The translations under genes and the position numbers were made by a program. From positions 186,001 to 250,000 of the forward strand of contig NIVC01001346.1 in assembly GCA_002269645.1 (NCBI GenBank): a stretch of DNA of 64,000 bases, given 5' to 3'. The notes under the pieces are model-generated. The model saw nothing but the letters and a program-made list of their open reading frames with translations, did no database searches and was not told the origin of the DNA. Shown one piece after another: positions 1-13,350 of this stretch. Numbering within the stretch: the stretch's first letter is position 1; every line of letters begins with the position of its first letter. This DNA is from Macrostomum lignano. Lineage: Eukaryota.

Positions 1-1540
1 GCTTTGTATTGGGAAAAATTGATTTTTTTATCTTGTACGAGTACGCTGAGTACTGTTCGATTTTTGCCTCGAATCAGGCGATAATTATGTATTAAAACCC
101 TCGTAGATTTTTGAGCGGCATGAGTTGGAGACGCGAAGTGTACAAGTATTAAACTTTGCCTTCTCTGTTCTGTCTTGGTCCCGGTACTCTGAGCTGTCTG
201 CACTCTCTAATGCAGATCGACAAGGCGACAGAAATACTATAGAATAATATGCTTAGAGATTATGGCAGGAATGCAACTGCAAAATAAGCCTGTCATATCC
301 AATCCATTTCCTCTGCCTCAGCGTTGCTCTAAGTTGTTCAGCATTCACTTGCTTCTCTGCCAAGGGACGGATGCATTATTTACGAATCGAGCAGCTCTCG
401 CCTTCTTCCTTACCACTATCGGTCCACTTGGTATCCCTCGCTCCTTGCCTAATGCAGTTGATAGCTTCAGCCAGCAGCTTAACCTAATTGCACTGGAAAC
501 GAGCACCATCTCCCAGTTTGAATGAACTCGGCCCGCCCTCTCTTTGGCTGGAGCCGCTGCTCTTGAAGTATTATAGAATAATTTTCAAAACTTCTCTCCT
601 TCCTAGCTCATCCTTCATCTCCTTACAAGAATGGTTCGATCTATCCAGTTTATTGGTACTTTTGTGCGTTCGCACTGCCCATTAGAAGTATCTGTCTGCA
701 TCGCAGAGGGTACGCATCATTGCACCGTTTTCAGTGTATATTGCTGAGTAAACCTCTTGTTCCGTCCACTCTATGCTAGACTAGTAAGCCATATGCTGTT
801 GCAGCATGCTTTGTTTATTAGAACTTCGTGCTGTTCCAACTTTTCGTAGTAGATCTGGATGAATTCTGACCAAATTTATGACGGATGGTCTTGATTTTTT
901 ATTTCATAGTGTTGTACCATTAAGTAATGGAAGTTTTTTGGGTACGTATACTTAGCCACAATAATAGCATATATTAGTTTTTTTATTCAGCTGTAATTTT
1001 AAAAAATTCTAACAGCCACTCGGTAGGATCGCTGGGGGAACTGTTTATGCAATAGATTGACGTCCACTTATAGCACACTTTAATTTTTATTGACTTTGCT
1101 AAGTAGGGCTAAGGGAATGATTTTATGTGCAAAATATTTCTTCCGATCCGAGTTCAAGGACTTCTTGAAGTATAACCCGAGTTGATTTACCACTTTTATA
1201 ACGCTGGACAGTGACTTTTCGAAGTCCAAAATGTTTTTAAATGTTTGTACGCTTTGTCCAGTTTTTAGTTAATCTTAGACTTTAATACACTTTGAGATAA
1301 AACTTTAAAATGAAACGTTTTTAGATGGTTGCTGCAGTCGTAAGCTTTTGCCGATGATGCCAATCGTTATTTTAAAGGTGTCTTGTGAATTTGCACAAAG
1401 TGCATAGTGTACTTTTGCAACTTTACAAGTTTTTTAATCAATCATGAATTTTATTTCTGTATAATAGAGAAAGTTCAACATAAATAATTTCTAATACCAA
1501 TACTAATAAGACAACTTTATTTATTCCTATTAAACTTTAG

Positions 1541-2305
1541 GGAGAAGAAATGGGTGCACATCAAGGACACAAGTTTAACCGTGTACAAATGGATTCCATG
1601 TAAGTGAGATACGCAAGCAATGTTTATTACAGTAACATTCACTATAGTCGATTATTTAAATGATTCGATTTTCAAGGTCACCTGAATTTTCAAATCTGCA
1701 CCCGCCGATCACCCCGAGGTGACACTAACAGTACATAGCAATCTTCTCTTATCCCCGAACTTCCAGCCGCCGAACAGAATTTCACCCGGCACAAGCCCAA
1801 GCCCTACCAGGTGTCCGACAAGGCCCGCTTTGCCCTGTCCGGCCCCGAGGCTGCCTCCTCGGCCACGCCGGACGAGGCGGCGGCCGCCGCCGCCGTAGCT
1901 GCAGCAGCAGCGGACGCAGACGCCGCCGCGGCCGCTGTCGCCGTTGACAGCGCGGCAGCCGTGGACACTAGCAGCATCATTGCTCCGATGTCGTCCGCTT
2001 CAGCGGTAGCGGCGGCGGCTTCTTCAGCGCCAACCGGCCTAGATGTCGATCTGGACTCGGCTAACGGCGACTCCAACATCGGCTTGGGCGGCAGCTTGGG
2101 CGTCGGCGATTCCAACAATTCGCCGCCGACCAACCTGCTGATGGACGACGACAGCAAGTCGGGCGGCACCGAGTTCACCGCCGGCAGCTGCCAGGGCCCC
2201 GGCGGACCCAGCGAGGACAACACTAATAGCGACCTGATGTCCGCCTGCCAGGACGCCAGCCAGGACGGGCCGCCGGCCGCTAAACGCACCAAACAAGATT
2301 TCTAA
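1541..2305 (+). CDS. BCL7: BCL7-family protein (SWI/SNF-associated), partial; first exon not found in window
   Basis: Exon 1541-1599 (ttag|G, donor GTAAGT at 1600) encodes (W)EKKWVHIKDTSLTVYKWIP, matching the BCL7 motif [20 protein letters not shown]. Phase-1 join to exon 1767-2305 (ttccag acceptor): Ala/acidic low-complexity tail ending PPAAKRTKQDF*. AATAAA at 3039-3044. Confidence 0.85.
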
Positions 2306-2394
2306 CCGCTTGGCATTGATTCTTGGCGCTCTTTAAAATTTTCGCGTTTGGAAATTACAGATATTAACCAAAAAGTCTTTAGATAACGACATAG

Positions 2395-2395
2395 C

Positions 2396-2492
<97 letters not shown>

Positions 2493-2782
2493 GTCTGCAT
2501 GTCTGTCTGTCTGCATGTCTGTCTGTCTGTCTGTCTGTCTGTATGTCTGTCTGTCTATCCCCTCTCAGTGTTTGTCTGTCTGTCTCTGTATGTCTGTCTG
2601 TCTGTCTATCCCGTCTCAGTGTTTGTCTGTCTCTCTGTATGTCTGTCTGTCTGTCTATCCCGTCTCAGTGTTTGTCTGTCTGTCTCTGTATGTCTGTCTG
2701 TCTGTCTGTATGTATGTCTGTCTGTCTATCCCGTCTCAGAGTTTGTCTGTCTGTCCATATGTCCACGTCAGTCTGTCTATCT
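2395..2782 (+). repeat. (TCTG)n microsatellite with degenerate higher-order variants, BCL7 3' region
   Basis: Pure GTCT run then interrupted copies; explains ORFs 2499-2798, 2515-2793 and 2543-2788. Confidence 0.95.
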
Positions 2783-3409
2783 GGATGATCTAAGATAATG
2801 TCAATCTGGGTATCCAAAATGGACTTTTCAGAGGCGAAAACTTTCGTTACTTTGACGTTGCTTGGCGCATTCTGAAAAATTTCCGGTGTCCAAAGTGTGA
2901 AATAGACAAGCGTAAACGATTTTTTTGTTAATATTGGCCGCCGCATTTGCACTTTTCTTGTTAGAAACAATAACAGCTTTGTCTGGATTATAATGCTAAT
3001 TTAAGGCTTGGAAAAAATTAAATAATATTACGAGTAATAATAAAGCTTTTATTATTGTTAATTTGCACCAAATATCCAATGTGCGTGTTTGTGTGTCCAC
3101 TTTTTCGTGTTCGTCGCTGCTCTTATACTCTTTTATAAGTATACCTGATCTTCTCATAGCTGTTTTTAATTGCTTGCTGTTAATTTGCTTTATTCGTTGT
3201 TCATACTCGATATTTTATAATTTATGGCCCTTCCCTGGATTTTTTAACTGTTTCAAGTTTCGCGTCAAGTGTTACCAAAATGTTTTAGACTTGACTTCTG
3301 GAGTCTGCAGGTAGCGTAATTATTGCCTCGTTATCTTTTTTGATTATCTTGTTTACAATCGGAATTTTCATGTTTTGGGGCATGATTGGCAATTATTGTA
3401 TTACTAATA

Positions 3410-3795
3410 GCAATTGGGAAACACCAAGACATTTCCGCAGCACGTCGAGTGTGCGAGAATCTTTCTAAAAACAGCAACTGGGAACCACCCATAGATTTCC
3501 GCAGCATGGCGGGTGTGCGAGAATCTTTCTAAAAATAGCAACTGGGAACCAACCATAGATTTCCGCAGCATGGCGGGTGTGCCAGAATATTTCTAAAAAT
3601 AGAAACTGGGAACCACCTATAGATTTCCGCAGCATGGCGGGTGTGCCAGAATCTTTCTAAAAATAGAATCTGGGAAACACCCATAGATTTCCGCAGCAAG
3701 GCGGATGTTTCTTTCTCTTTCTAAAATCTTTCTAAAAAACTATAGACTCATAGATTTCCGCAGCACGTCAAGTGCCGAGAATATTTTTTAAATAG
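3410..3795. repeat. Tandem repeat, about 64-bp unit, about 6 copies
   Basis: AACTGGGAACCACCCATAGATTTCCGCAGCATGGCGGG recurs at 3476, 3540 and 3604. Confidence 0.85.
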
Positions 3796-4954
3796 TACCT
3801 GGGATTCCCCGTAACCAAAGTCTGGTTTGCTCCACAGAAATTATTAATACGTATTTTATTGCTGCTTAAAATAGTTTTACTGTATAGCGGTTGCATTGTT
3901 TTTATTGAGTTTCAATTGAACACAATTGATTTTATTCAATTTTAATTTATGTTAAATGACTCTTCAAATTGCAAACTCAAATGTCAATGGTTTATTTGAT
4001 TTTATTCACAACTGTTTACAATTAATTGTTAGTTTATCTAGTCCCTTGCGCGGTGGGTTTTTATTGTCCTTTTCACTGTTAAATAAGCAGCTACCTGTTG
4101 CTTGGTTGAACTTTTGTTTTAATGAAATAAGACCACACCGGTTATATTTGTTGTAATTATTTAATGATTCCGAAACGTGTTCTGCTATTTGTGTAACACA
4201 GTTTCGTTAGCTATTACAATAAAATAAATTACCAATCTTATACAACACTGAAAGAAATCGGAAACTTTAATTTTTTACGACTAAACTTTATTTTCTTTAT
4301 CAGCCAAAATATAATTTCAATTACCTTTACATTTGTGTTCCAGTCCTGGTCCCCCAGTTGCACTCAGCTGTCAAAGCATCAGCTGTCCGCCTGTCTCGAA
4401 TTTCGAAGCCTACTGCTTGATCCACTGTTCATTTCCTGGCACGCGCGCTGTGTTGTGGTCCTTTCCCGATGCTCCATCTCTGCCTTCCCCTCCCTCAGCT
4501 ACCGTGATAAACTGCTATGCAGATGCGGCTTCCCTTCCTTCCCATGCATTCTTGAAATGCTATGCGAACTGAAGAAATCCTAGCAGCGGCTGGCTGTGCT
4601 GCAGGCGCAGACCGTCCGTCTATTGATTGAAAACAAAGCATTTTTCTCCCGTGTGTCGTCTAGCTTTTTGCACGATTTCGTCTGCAATTGTACTTTTAAA
4701 TTATTTCGCTTAGAAACCGGTTTGGGTTCAGGCAAAACCAGAGATATTGGCTAAACGGTCTGCTTTTTGATATTCTGCTAGCAAATAATGTGGCTCTTGG
4801 ACTCGCGGGTTTTTTCATTATTGTAGGTTTTTTGACACGGGCATCGTAGCTATGACGGAAATTTCCGTTTTTGCAGAGTTAAGTTAAATATTGTTGACCT
4901 ACTACATAATAGTCACCTTTTGCGCCTATGTAGCCTCTTTGTAGAGGTCTATAG

Positions 4955-5590
4955 ACATTTAAGCACCTACTATAAACATTTAGGCACCTACTATAGACAT
5001 TTAGGCACCTACTATAGACATTTAGGCACCTACTATAGACATTTAGGCACCTACTATCGACATTTAGGCACCTACTATAGACATTTAGGCACCTACTATC
5101 GACATTTAGGCACCTACTATCGACATTTAGGCAGCTACTATAAACATTTAGGCACCTACTATAGACATTTAGGCACCTACTATCGACATTTAGGCACCTA
5201 CTATCGACATTTAGGCACCTACTATAGACTTTAGGCAGCTACTATAAACATTTAAGCACCTACTATAGACATTTAGGCACCTACTATAGACATTTAGGCA
5301 CCTACTATAGACATTTAGGCACCTACTATAGACATTTAGGCACCTACTATAGACATTTAGGCACCTACTATAGACAGGTGGGCACCTACTATAGACATTT
5401 AGGCACCTACTATAGACATTTAAGCACCTACTATAGACATTTAGGCACCTACTATAGACATTTAGGCACCTATTATAGACATTTAGGCACCTACTATAGA
5501 CATTTAGGCACCTACTATAGACATTTAAGCACCTACTATAGACAGGTGGGCACCTACATGTACTATAGGCACACTGGCACCAACTATAGA
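4955..5590. repeat. 21-bp minisatellite (TTAGGCACCTACTATAGACAT)n
   Basis: About 30 near-identical units; source of the HLGTYYR ORFs. Confidence 0.95.
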
Positions 5591-5828
5591 CAGAAACGCA
5601 TCCATATTAACATCCACTAGTATTGGCGCACAGGCACTAATTTATCTTTCAAAGACAATGGCAACCCTTAGAGAACGCTTGCACCCGTCTGAATGCTGGA
5701 TGCCCGAAGTTTCAATAGCCAAGCTTTATTTATTGCAAAAGTTTCCCTGCATCCTCATTACTGCCTACATCTGGTCCATGTTTACAGACACTGACTACTG
5801 CAGTTAAAGGGATTCCACCTTGCTTAGA

Positions 5829-7421
5829 ATGCAGCCTAGCAGAGGCGGCAGCGACTTTGCCTGGTCCCTGGCCTACGGCGCCACCAGCGGCGCCATCAGC
5901 TCCGTTGTTTTCCAACCGTTGGACGTGCTGAAGACTCGAGTCCAGGCGGCCGCTGTGCAGCAGCCGGCGGCATCTCGCCGAAGCCTGCCGAGGTTTGCGG
6001 CAGAGCTGATCAGACGGGAGGGGCCGCTGGCGCTGTGGCGGGGCACCTCGCCAACCCTACTGCGGACTGTGCCGGGACTGGCAATGTACCTGGCTGCTGT
6101 GAACAGGTAATAAGGTTACCATTGGTGACAGAGCAGCTCAGGGGTTAAAACGCCCGACTCTCCCTGGTTTGATTCCGTGCGCAGCCCCCCCCCCAAGGCA
6201 CAGAGAGTGTACATGCCTGACACCCTGTGTGCCGCTGTACACCCTGTGTGAGCGTGTGTATGAGTGCCTGCGTACAGTACTGGAGCGCTTGTGTGGTCAG
6301 GAGTCAGCGGAATGAGCAGAATTGCCTCAGCTCTGGGTGTGAGGGACGATTTCGCCGAAGGCGTTGCGCCAGGGTGTTCACAGCCTTCCTGAGAATATTT
6401 TAATTTTTTATTTTGGAATTACTATTAGCTTGTGGCGGCTAGTGACTTCTAGTAATTTCTTATCGTTTGAACTTGCATGTGCATATAGGCTCATAATTGT
6501 ACAAAATACATGTATTGTGATATACCGATTCAATCACAAGCGGATCATCTATCAACTATCTAGTTTTGGTGGACCTCATGTAGCTCAGTGGACTTAGGGA
6601 AACCCGAGCAGGGAGCAGTCGAATTTATCCAACTGGCTCGCCGAAAAGTATGCGAGTAATTTGAAATAGTTAGGCAGTTAAATCGTAAACAAAAAATCGA
6701 ATATTTCTACTATAAGTAGTCGAATGCATCGCAACGATTTTTTGATGATGCGGAAACTTTTAACAACATCGCCGCCTGCAGCCTGCACGACAGATTGTCG
6801 ACAAGTCGTGACGACGCAACAATCGGCGGCCTCGCTAAAGCGGCCGGCGTCGCCGCCGCCGCCAGATCCGCCACGGCTGTCGCTCTGCAGCCGCTGGTGA
6901 CACTGAAGACCAACATCGAGGCTGGCGGCCGGTGCCCGCCCGGCCTGTTCAGCGCAGCCGGCTGGCTCTGGCGCGCTGGCGGCGGCCCCGCTGCCTTCTA
7001 CAGAGGCTTGGCGGCAACCCTAGCCAGAGATGTGCCTTATTCTAGCATCTACTTTGCTGTGTACTCCGAGACCAATAGCTTATTAATTCACCTGCCCATA
7101 TTCCTAGAAAATAATGCCAACTTCAAGTACCGCCTTGCCCGGCTCTGCTTTGCGTCCGCCTGCGGCTCCCTGATTGCCACGCTGGCCACCCATCCGGCAG
7201 ATGTTGTGAAAACTCACCAACAGCTGCTGGCTGCTGGCGGCCGTCTGCGCCTGGCGGATCTGCTGCAGCGAATCCGTGATAGCGAGGGCTCGCTCGCCGC
7301 CGGCCTGACGAGGGGCCTGGCACCCAGGCTGCTGCGTAGATTGGGTTTCGGCGCCGTATCCTGGGTCACCTTTGAAGAGCTGCGCCGGCTGAGGACTGCC
7401 CGGTCCGCACAGCCACGATAA
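5829..7421 (+). CDS. SLC25A38: Mitochondrial glycine carrier SLC25A38-like, 2 exons (5829-6106, 6782-7421), about 305 aa
   Basis: Three mitochondrial-carrier repeats: QPLDVLKTRVQ, QPLVTLKTNIE (no acidic residue, as in SLC25A38) and HPADVVKTHQQL; also RGLAATLARDVPYSSIY. Donor AG|GTAATA at 6107; phase-compatible acceptor at 6781 (alternative 6793). Confidence 0.9.
6126..6380 (+). mobile_element. Possible tRNA-derived SINE in the SLC25A38 intron
   Basis: A-box-like CAGCTCAGGGG (about 6134) and B-box-like GGTTTTGATTCC (about 6166), followed by a GC-rich body. Single copy, no clear TSD. Confidence 0.3.
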
Positions 7422-7514
7422 CGGTGTCTAGCAGTAGCACTAGTCTAATGGTATTGCCTCTTAGCCATCTTTTCAGGTGGTATATTCGTGTGCCGAACTT
7501 GATAGTGCCACTCT

Positions 7515-8435
7515 TCAGTGCCCCTCGTTCCAGAGTGCCCCTCCTTCCCGAGTGCCCCTCCTTCCCGAGTGCCCCTTCTTCCCGAGTGCTCCTCCTTCCC
7601 GAGTGCCCCTTCTTCACGAGTTCCCCCTCATTCCGAGTGCTCCTTCTTCCCGAGTGCCCCTCTTTCATGAGTGCCCCTTCTTCCCGAGTGCCCCTTCTTC
7701 CCGAGTGCTCCTCCTTCCCGAGTGCCCCTCTTTCCCGAGTGCCCCTTCTTCACGAGTGCCCCTTCTTCCGAGTGCTCCTTCTTCCCGAGTGCCCCTTCTT
7801 CACGAGTTCCCCTCCTTCCAGAGTGCCCCTTCTTCCCGAGTGCCCCTTCTTCCCGAGTGCTCCTCCTTCCCGAGTGCCCTTTCTTCCGAGTGCTCCTTCT
7901 TCCCGAGTGCCCCTTCTTCACGAGTTCCCCTCCTTCCAGAGTGCCCCTCATTCCCGGGTGCTTCTCCTTCCAGAGTGCCCCTCCACTCAGAGTGCCCCTC
8001 CGTTCAGAGTGCCCCTCCACTCAGAGTGCCCCTTAATTCAGAGTGCCCCTCCGTTCAGAGTGCCCCTCCACTCAGAGTGCCCCTCCGTTCAGAGTGCCCC
8101 TCCACTCAGAGTGCCCCTCCACTCAGAATGCCCCTCCGTTCAGAGTGCCCCTCCGTTTAGAGTGCCCCTCCGTTTAGAGTGCCCCTCCACTCAGAGTGCC
8201 CCTCCGTTCAGAGTGCCCCTCCGTTCAGAGAGCCCCTCCACTCAGAGTGCCCCTCCGTTCAGAGTGCCCTCCACTCAGAGTGCCCCTCCGTTCAGAGAGC
8301 CCCTCCACTTAGAGTGCCCCTCCGTTTAGAGTGCCCCTTCGTTCAGAGTGCCCCTTCATTCAGAGTGCCCCTCCACTCAGAGTGCCCCCTTCGTTCAGAG
8401 CGCCCCTTCATTCAGAGTGCCCCTCCATTCAGAGT
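7515..8435. repeat. About 17-bp minisatellite (GAGTGCCCCTCCGTTCA / GAGTGCCCCTTCTTCCC), SLC25A38 3' region
   Basis: GAGTGCCCC core repeated about 50 times; explains ORFs between 7424 and 8516. Confidence 0.95.
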
Positions 8436-8727
8436 CCCAAATGGGTTGTAAAATTATTGAGTCTACTTTACTTTGTATATGACAGTCAACATTATCATGT
8501 CGATCACGGTTTTTAGCATGCATTGATTTCATTCAAATTACTAGAAATACATTTTGAGTTTCCTACTTAGACCTGAGACATTGCTGGCCTTTTCTCTGCC
8601 ACTAACTGGCTTCATTGGTAAAGAATTGGTAAAGATATTTTATAAAACATTTTTATACGCTTGTGCTGTGCATGCCTACGAGATATGAATTCTTATCAGA
8701 AAACTGTCATATATACCCGGAATAGCA

Positions 8728-10727
8728 GTGACCAACTGATTGACTGGGTGACCAACTGATTGACTGGGGGACCAACTGTTTGACTGGGGGACCAACTGAT
8801 TGACTGGATAAAAGCTGTTTGACTGGGGGACCAACTGATTGACTGGGTGACCAACTGATTGACTGGGTGACCAACTGATTGACTGGGTGACCAACTGATT
8901 GACTGGGTGACCAACTGATTGACTGGGTGACCAACTGATTGACTGGGTGACCAACTGATTGACTGGATAAAAGCTGTTTGACTGGGGGACCAACTGATTG
9001 ACTGGGTGACCAACTGATTGACTGGGTGACCAACTGATTGACTGGGTGACCAACTGATTGACTGGGGGACCAACTATTTGACTGGGTGACCAACTGTTTA
9101 ACTGGGTGACCAACTGATTTACTGGGTGACCAACTGATTGACTGGGTGACCAACTATTTGACTGGGTGACCAACTGATTGACTGGGTGACCAACTGATTG
9201 ACTGGGTGACCAACTGATTTACTGGGTGACCAACTGATTGACTGGGTGACCAACTGATTGACTGGGGGACCAACTGTTTGACTGGGGGACCAACTGATTG
9301 ACTGGGGGACCAACTGATTGACTGGGGGACCAACTGATTGACTGGGTGACCAACTGATTGACTGGATAAAAGCTGTTTGACTGGGGGACCAACTGATTGA
9401 CTGAGTGACCAACTGATTGACTGTGTGACCAACTAATTGACTGGGTGACCAACTGATTTACTGGGTGACCAACAGATTGACTGGGTTACCAACTGATTGA
9501 CTGGGTGACCAACTGATTTACTGGGTGACCAACTGATTGACTGGGTGACCAACTGATTGACTGGGTGACCAACTGATTGACTGGGTGACCAACTGATTGA
9601 CTGGGGGACCAACTATTTGACTGGGTGACCAACTGTTTAACTGGGTGACCAACTGATTTACTGGGTGACCAACTGATTGACTGGGTGACCAACTATTTGA
9701 CTGGGTGACCAACTGATTGACTGGGTGACCAACTGATTGACTGGGTGACCAACTGATTTACTGGGTGACCAACTGATTGACTGGGTGACCAACTGATTGA
9801 CTGGGGGACCAACTATTTGACTGGGTGACCAACTGTTTGACTGGGGGACCAACTATTTGACTGGGGGACCAACTGTTTGACTGGGGGACCAAATTTGACT
9901 GGGGGACCAACTATTTGACTGGGTGACCAACTGTTTGACTGGGGGACCAACTGTTTGACTGGGGGACCAACTGATTGACTGTGTGACCAACTGATTGACT
10001 GGGTGACCAACTGTTTGACTGGGGGACCAACTGATTGACTGGGTGACCAACTGTTTGACTGGGGGACCAACTGATTGACTGGGGGACCAACTGATTGACT
10101 GGGGGACCAACTGATTGACTGTGTGACCAACTGATTGACTGGGGGACCAACTGTTTGACTTGGGGACCAACTGATTGACTGGGTGACCAACTGATTGACT
10201 GGGTGACCAACTGATTGACTGGGTGACCAACTGATTGACTGGGTGACCAACTGATTGACTGGGTGACCAACTGATTGACTGGGTGACCAACTGATTGACT
10301 GGGTGACCAACTGATTGACTGGGTGACCAACTGTTTGACTGGGTGACCAACTGTTTGACTGGGTGACCAACTGATTGACTGGGTGACCAACTGATTGACT
10401 GGGTGACCAACTGATTGACTGGGTGACCAACTGTTTGACTGGGTGACCAACTGATTGACTGGGTGACCAACTGTTTGACTGGGTGACCAACTGATTGACT
10501 GGGTGACCAACTGATTGACTGGGTGACCAACTGATTGACTGGGTGACCAACTGATTGACTGGGTGACCAACTGATTGACTGGGTGACCAACTGATTGACT
10601 GGGTGACCAACTGTTTGACTGGGTGACCAACTGATTGACTGGGTGACCAACTGTTTGACTGGGTGACCAACTGATTGACTGGGTGACCAACTGATTGACT
10701 GGGTGACCAACTGATTGACTGGGTGAT
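8728..10727. repeat. 20-bp minisatellite (GACTGGGTGACCAACTGATT)n, about 100 copies
   Basis: Highly homogeneous 2-kb array; all VTQSISW ORFs derive from it. Confidence 0.97.
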
Positions 10728-12889
10728 TAACTAATTGGCTAATTAAGTGACTAGCAAAGTCTGGGGATAATGCAGTAGCAGAAAATAACTCGAAAAATCG
10801 ATTTTTAAAACCGACGTTCTCAGCACTTTGTAGCTTCGTGATCAACTGAGTTTATTGATTTTTGCTGACTATGCGCATACAAAAAATTGAAATTATGTAT
10901 TGACATTTCAGTTTTAACTACACAGTTTTGTCATCCCTCTCCTAGAATTTCAAACTAAACTACCTGCATATGACTAGCAATTTCCAATACTGCACAGTGC
11001 AAACAGGCGATCCCCGCCTTCCTCGCCTGTACGCTGTACATGTCTAGGCTGTTAATGAATAGTCCGGAAATTGCAGTCTCTGATTACAGACTGCATACGC
11101 CGGGGAAATTCCATACCGAGACCAGCTGGCTTGAGTGACGTCTATACACAAGCTTGAGCGCAGTCATTTTGTTAGCAATGGAAATAGTCAACTGCATGTA
11201 CTTACTGTACTCAAATTCACAAGCTGGAAATTTCATAGCTTTGAACAGTCTATCTTTTGCAAGTCAATTCGCTAGATTGCAACTTGGAAAGCGAACGGTT
11301 CGACGATGTGAAACTTCGAGCTTAAGAATTAAAGTTTCGCGCTGGTAAAAGTACGAGCTACACTACAGTATCTTATGTCCCTCGGGTTCCTATTGAAACT
11401 TCACGATAGCAATCCGGCTCGCTCAAGATTCATCTCTTCTCAGCTCCGCTATCATCTGACCCACAGCCATTAGCTGCATGTAGAATCTTATTCGAATTAA
11501 TCAAATTATTTGACTCATACCTTTAACTAAAGGTATGAAGTTGTGAGAACACTATAGCTCGTAGATACGAATACTTTCATCCAGTGTTTTGAGCTTATTA
11601 TGACTAAAAAGTGACGCACAATAATGATCTGGTTAAAATTCTTCAATGACACGATTTTCAACAACGAATGCCTACCACGGATAGACATCAACACTTAGGC
11701 GTCGCGTATATTTATCTATAGTAAATATACTGTGTAATAATCTAAGTTCTACTACAAAACATAATTTATTAAACGGCATGTGTGTAGCTTGAGTGGGCGA
11801 GTGACTAACATAGTAAAATAAAATCACAAGTTTTTGTTTGCCTCAATTGTGAATTAAATAATGCAAGCTGCAAAACTTCCTGTATAGACAGAATAGTCGC
11901 GGTATTAAAAATTCCACAACGTATCGGATCATTACGAATACGAATCCATGAATTTGAACTGTGTGAGAAAATGATGATTAGACTAGATAGGTACTAAGGG
12001 TGATAGTAACAATACTATTAGCTACAATACAAAAATATACAAGAGAATCTGACGTAGAGACAGCTGTGTACAGATGTTGATTTATCAAAACACTGGAACA
12101 GAACAGGCAGATATTTAAAAGTACTTATTAGCAATATACACATAAGTATACACACAGTGCGACCGGATTAAGTGCATATTTGTTTAAACTAAAGCTACTA
12201 AGAGTAGTACACTATAAATTAACGTATATCAAAAGTAAAATTATACAAAGTATGCACTAGCTACTGACAGGCAGTAAATTCAACAAGTATTCAGATTTTA
12301 AAAGTTCATGTTCACCAGCCAGTTCGCTTCCATGACAGCTGGGCAATCGCCAATCGCAAGAAAGAGAGCGCGGAACTCGGAGAAATTCTTACCTCATGTC
12401 TACTAGGAGAAAAGAAGAGCAAGCAAGACAGGGGGGCAGAATGGGGAGGAAGGGAAGAGAGCTGAGTTAAAATCGATACCCAAAGAAGCAACATCCACAG
12501 GCCTGGAGAAGACTGGATCACGTTCTGTTGAGCGCTCAAGAGGCGCACTAAGCTATCCTGGAAACATGAAGAAAAAGCATAGGCCAGGCTCTGCCTAGCA
12601 ACCAGGAGAAAGGACGGATTAACGCAAAACACAAATCGCCAAAGCTGTCTAATAGTATACAAAGACGACGCGTAGTGACTAGTTTTACATAAAAACCCTT
12701 CCAGTCTGCAAAACTCATTTCGATTACAAATCTCGCAGAATTTTTATAACAACGATTTTAAAACAACCAATTATTAAGATATGGGCACGAAAAAGCAGGC
12801 AGCAAAAAGCTCTTAGGACGCGTAGATCTGTAAAGTTAGTAGCTTATATCAGTGCCCCTGAAGAATCGGAGGTTAGGGATCCGCGACGA

Positions 12890-13350
12890 CTTCTGAATAA
12901 TCGGTGGTAGCTAGGGGTTGGCAGCGGACCCTGAATAATCGGTGGTAGCTAGGGGTTGGCAGCGGACCCTGAATAATCGGTGGTAGCTAGGGGTTGGCAG
13001 CGGACCCTGAATAATCAGTGGTAGCTAGAGGTTGGCAGCGGACCCTGAATAATCGGTGGTAGCTAGGGGTTGGCAGCGGACCCTGGAGAATCGGTGGTAG
13101 CTAGGGGTTGGCAGCGGACCCTGGAGAATCAGTGGTAGCTAGGGTTGGCAGCGGACCCTGAATAATCAGTGGTAGCTAGGGGTTGGCAGCGGACCCTGAA
13201 TAATCAGTGGTAGCTAGGGGTTGGCAGCGGACCCTGGAGAATCGGTGGTAGCTAGGGGTTGGCAGCGGACCCTGGAGAATCGGTGGTAGCTAGGGGTTGG
13301 CAGCGGACCCTGGAGAATCGGTGGTAGGGGTTGGCAGTGAACCCTGGCGA
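12890..13350. repeat. 38-bp minisatellite (CCCTGAATAATCGGTGGTAGCTAGGGGTTGGCAGCGGA)n
   Basis: About 12 tandem copies. Confidence 0.93.

Noticed and set aside
119-245. ETRS and IDKA fragments as the missing first BCL7 exon
   Set aside because: No ATG-led frame with a phase-2 TG|GT donor; the matches are too short.
262-700. Coding-like minus frame broken by TAA/TAG (similar cases at 12312-12660, 24990-26060 and 49000-49400), considered as C>T-decayed pseudogenes or a variant genetic code
   Set aside because: Stop density is close to random expectation and there is no recognisable domain; real genes here use the standard code.
4920-10845. Long repetitive ORFs (HLGTYYR, SAPPFRVP, VTQSISW) as proteins
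   Set aside because: Translations of stop-free tandem repeats, open in several frames and on both strands.
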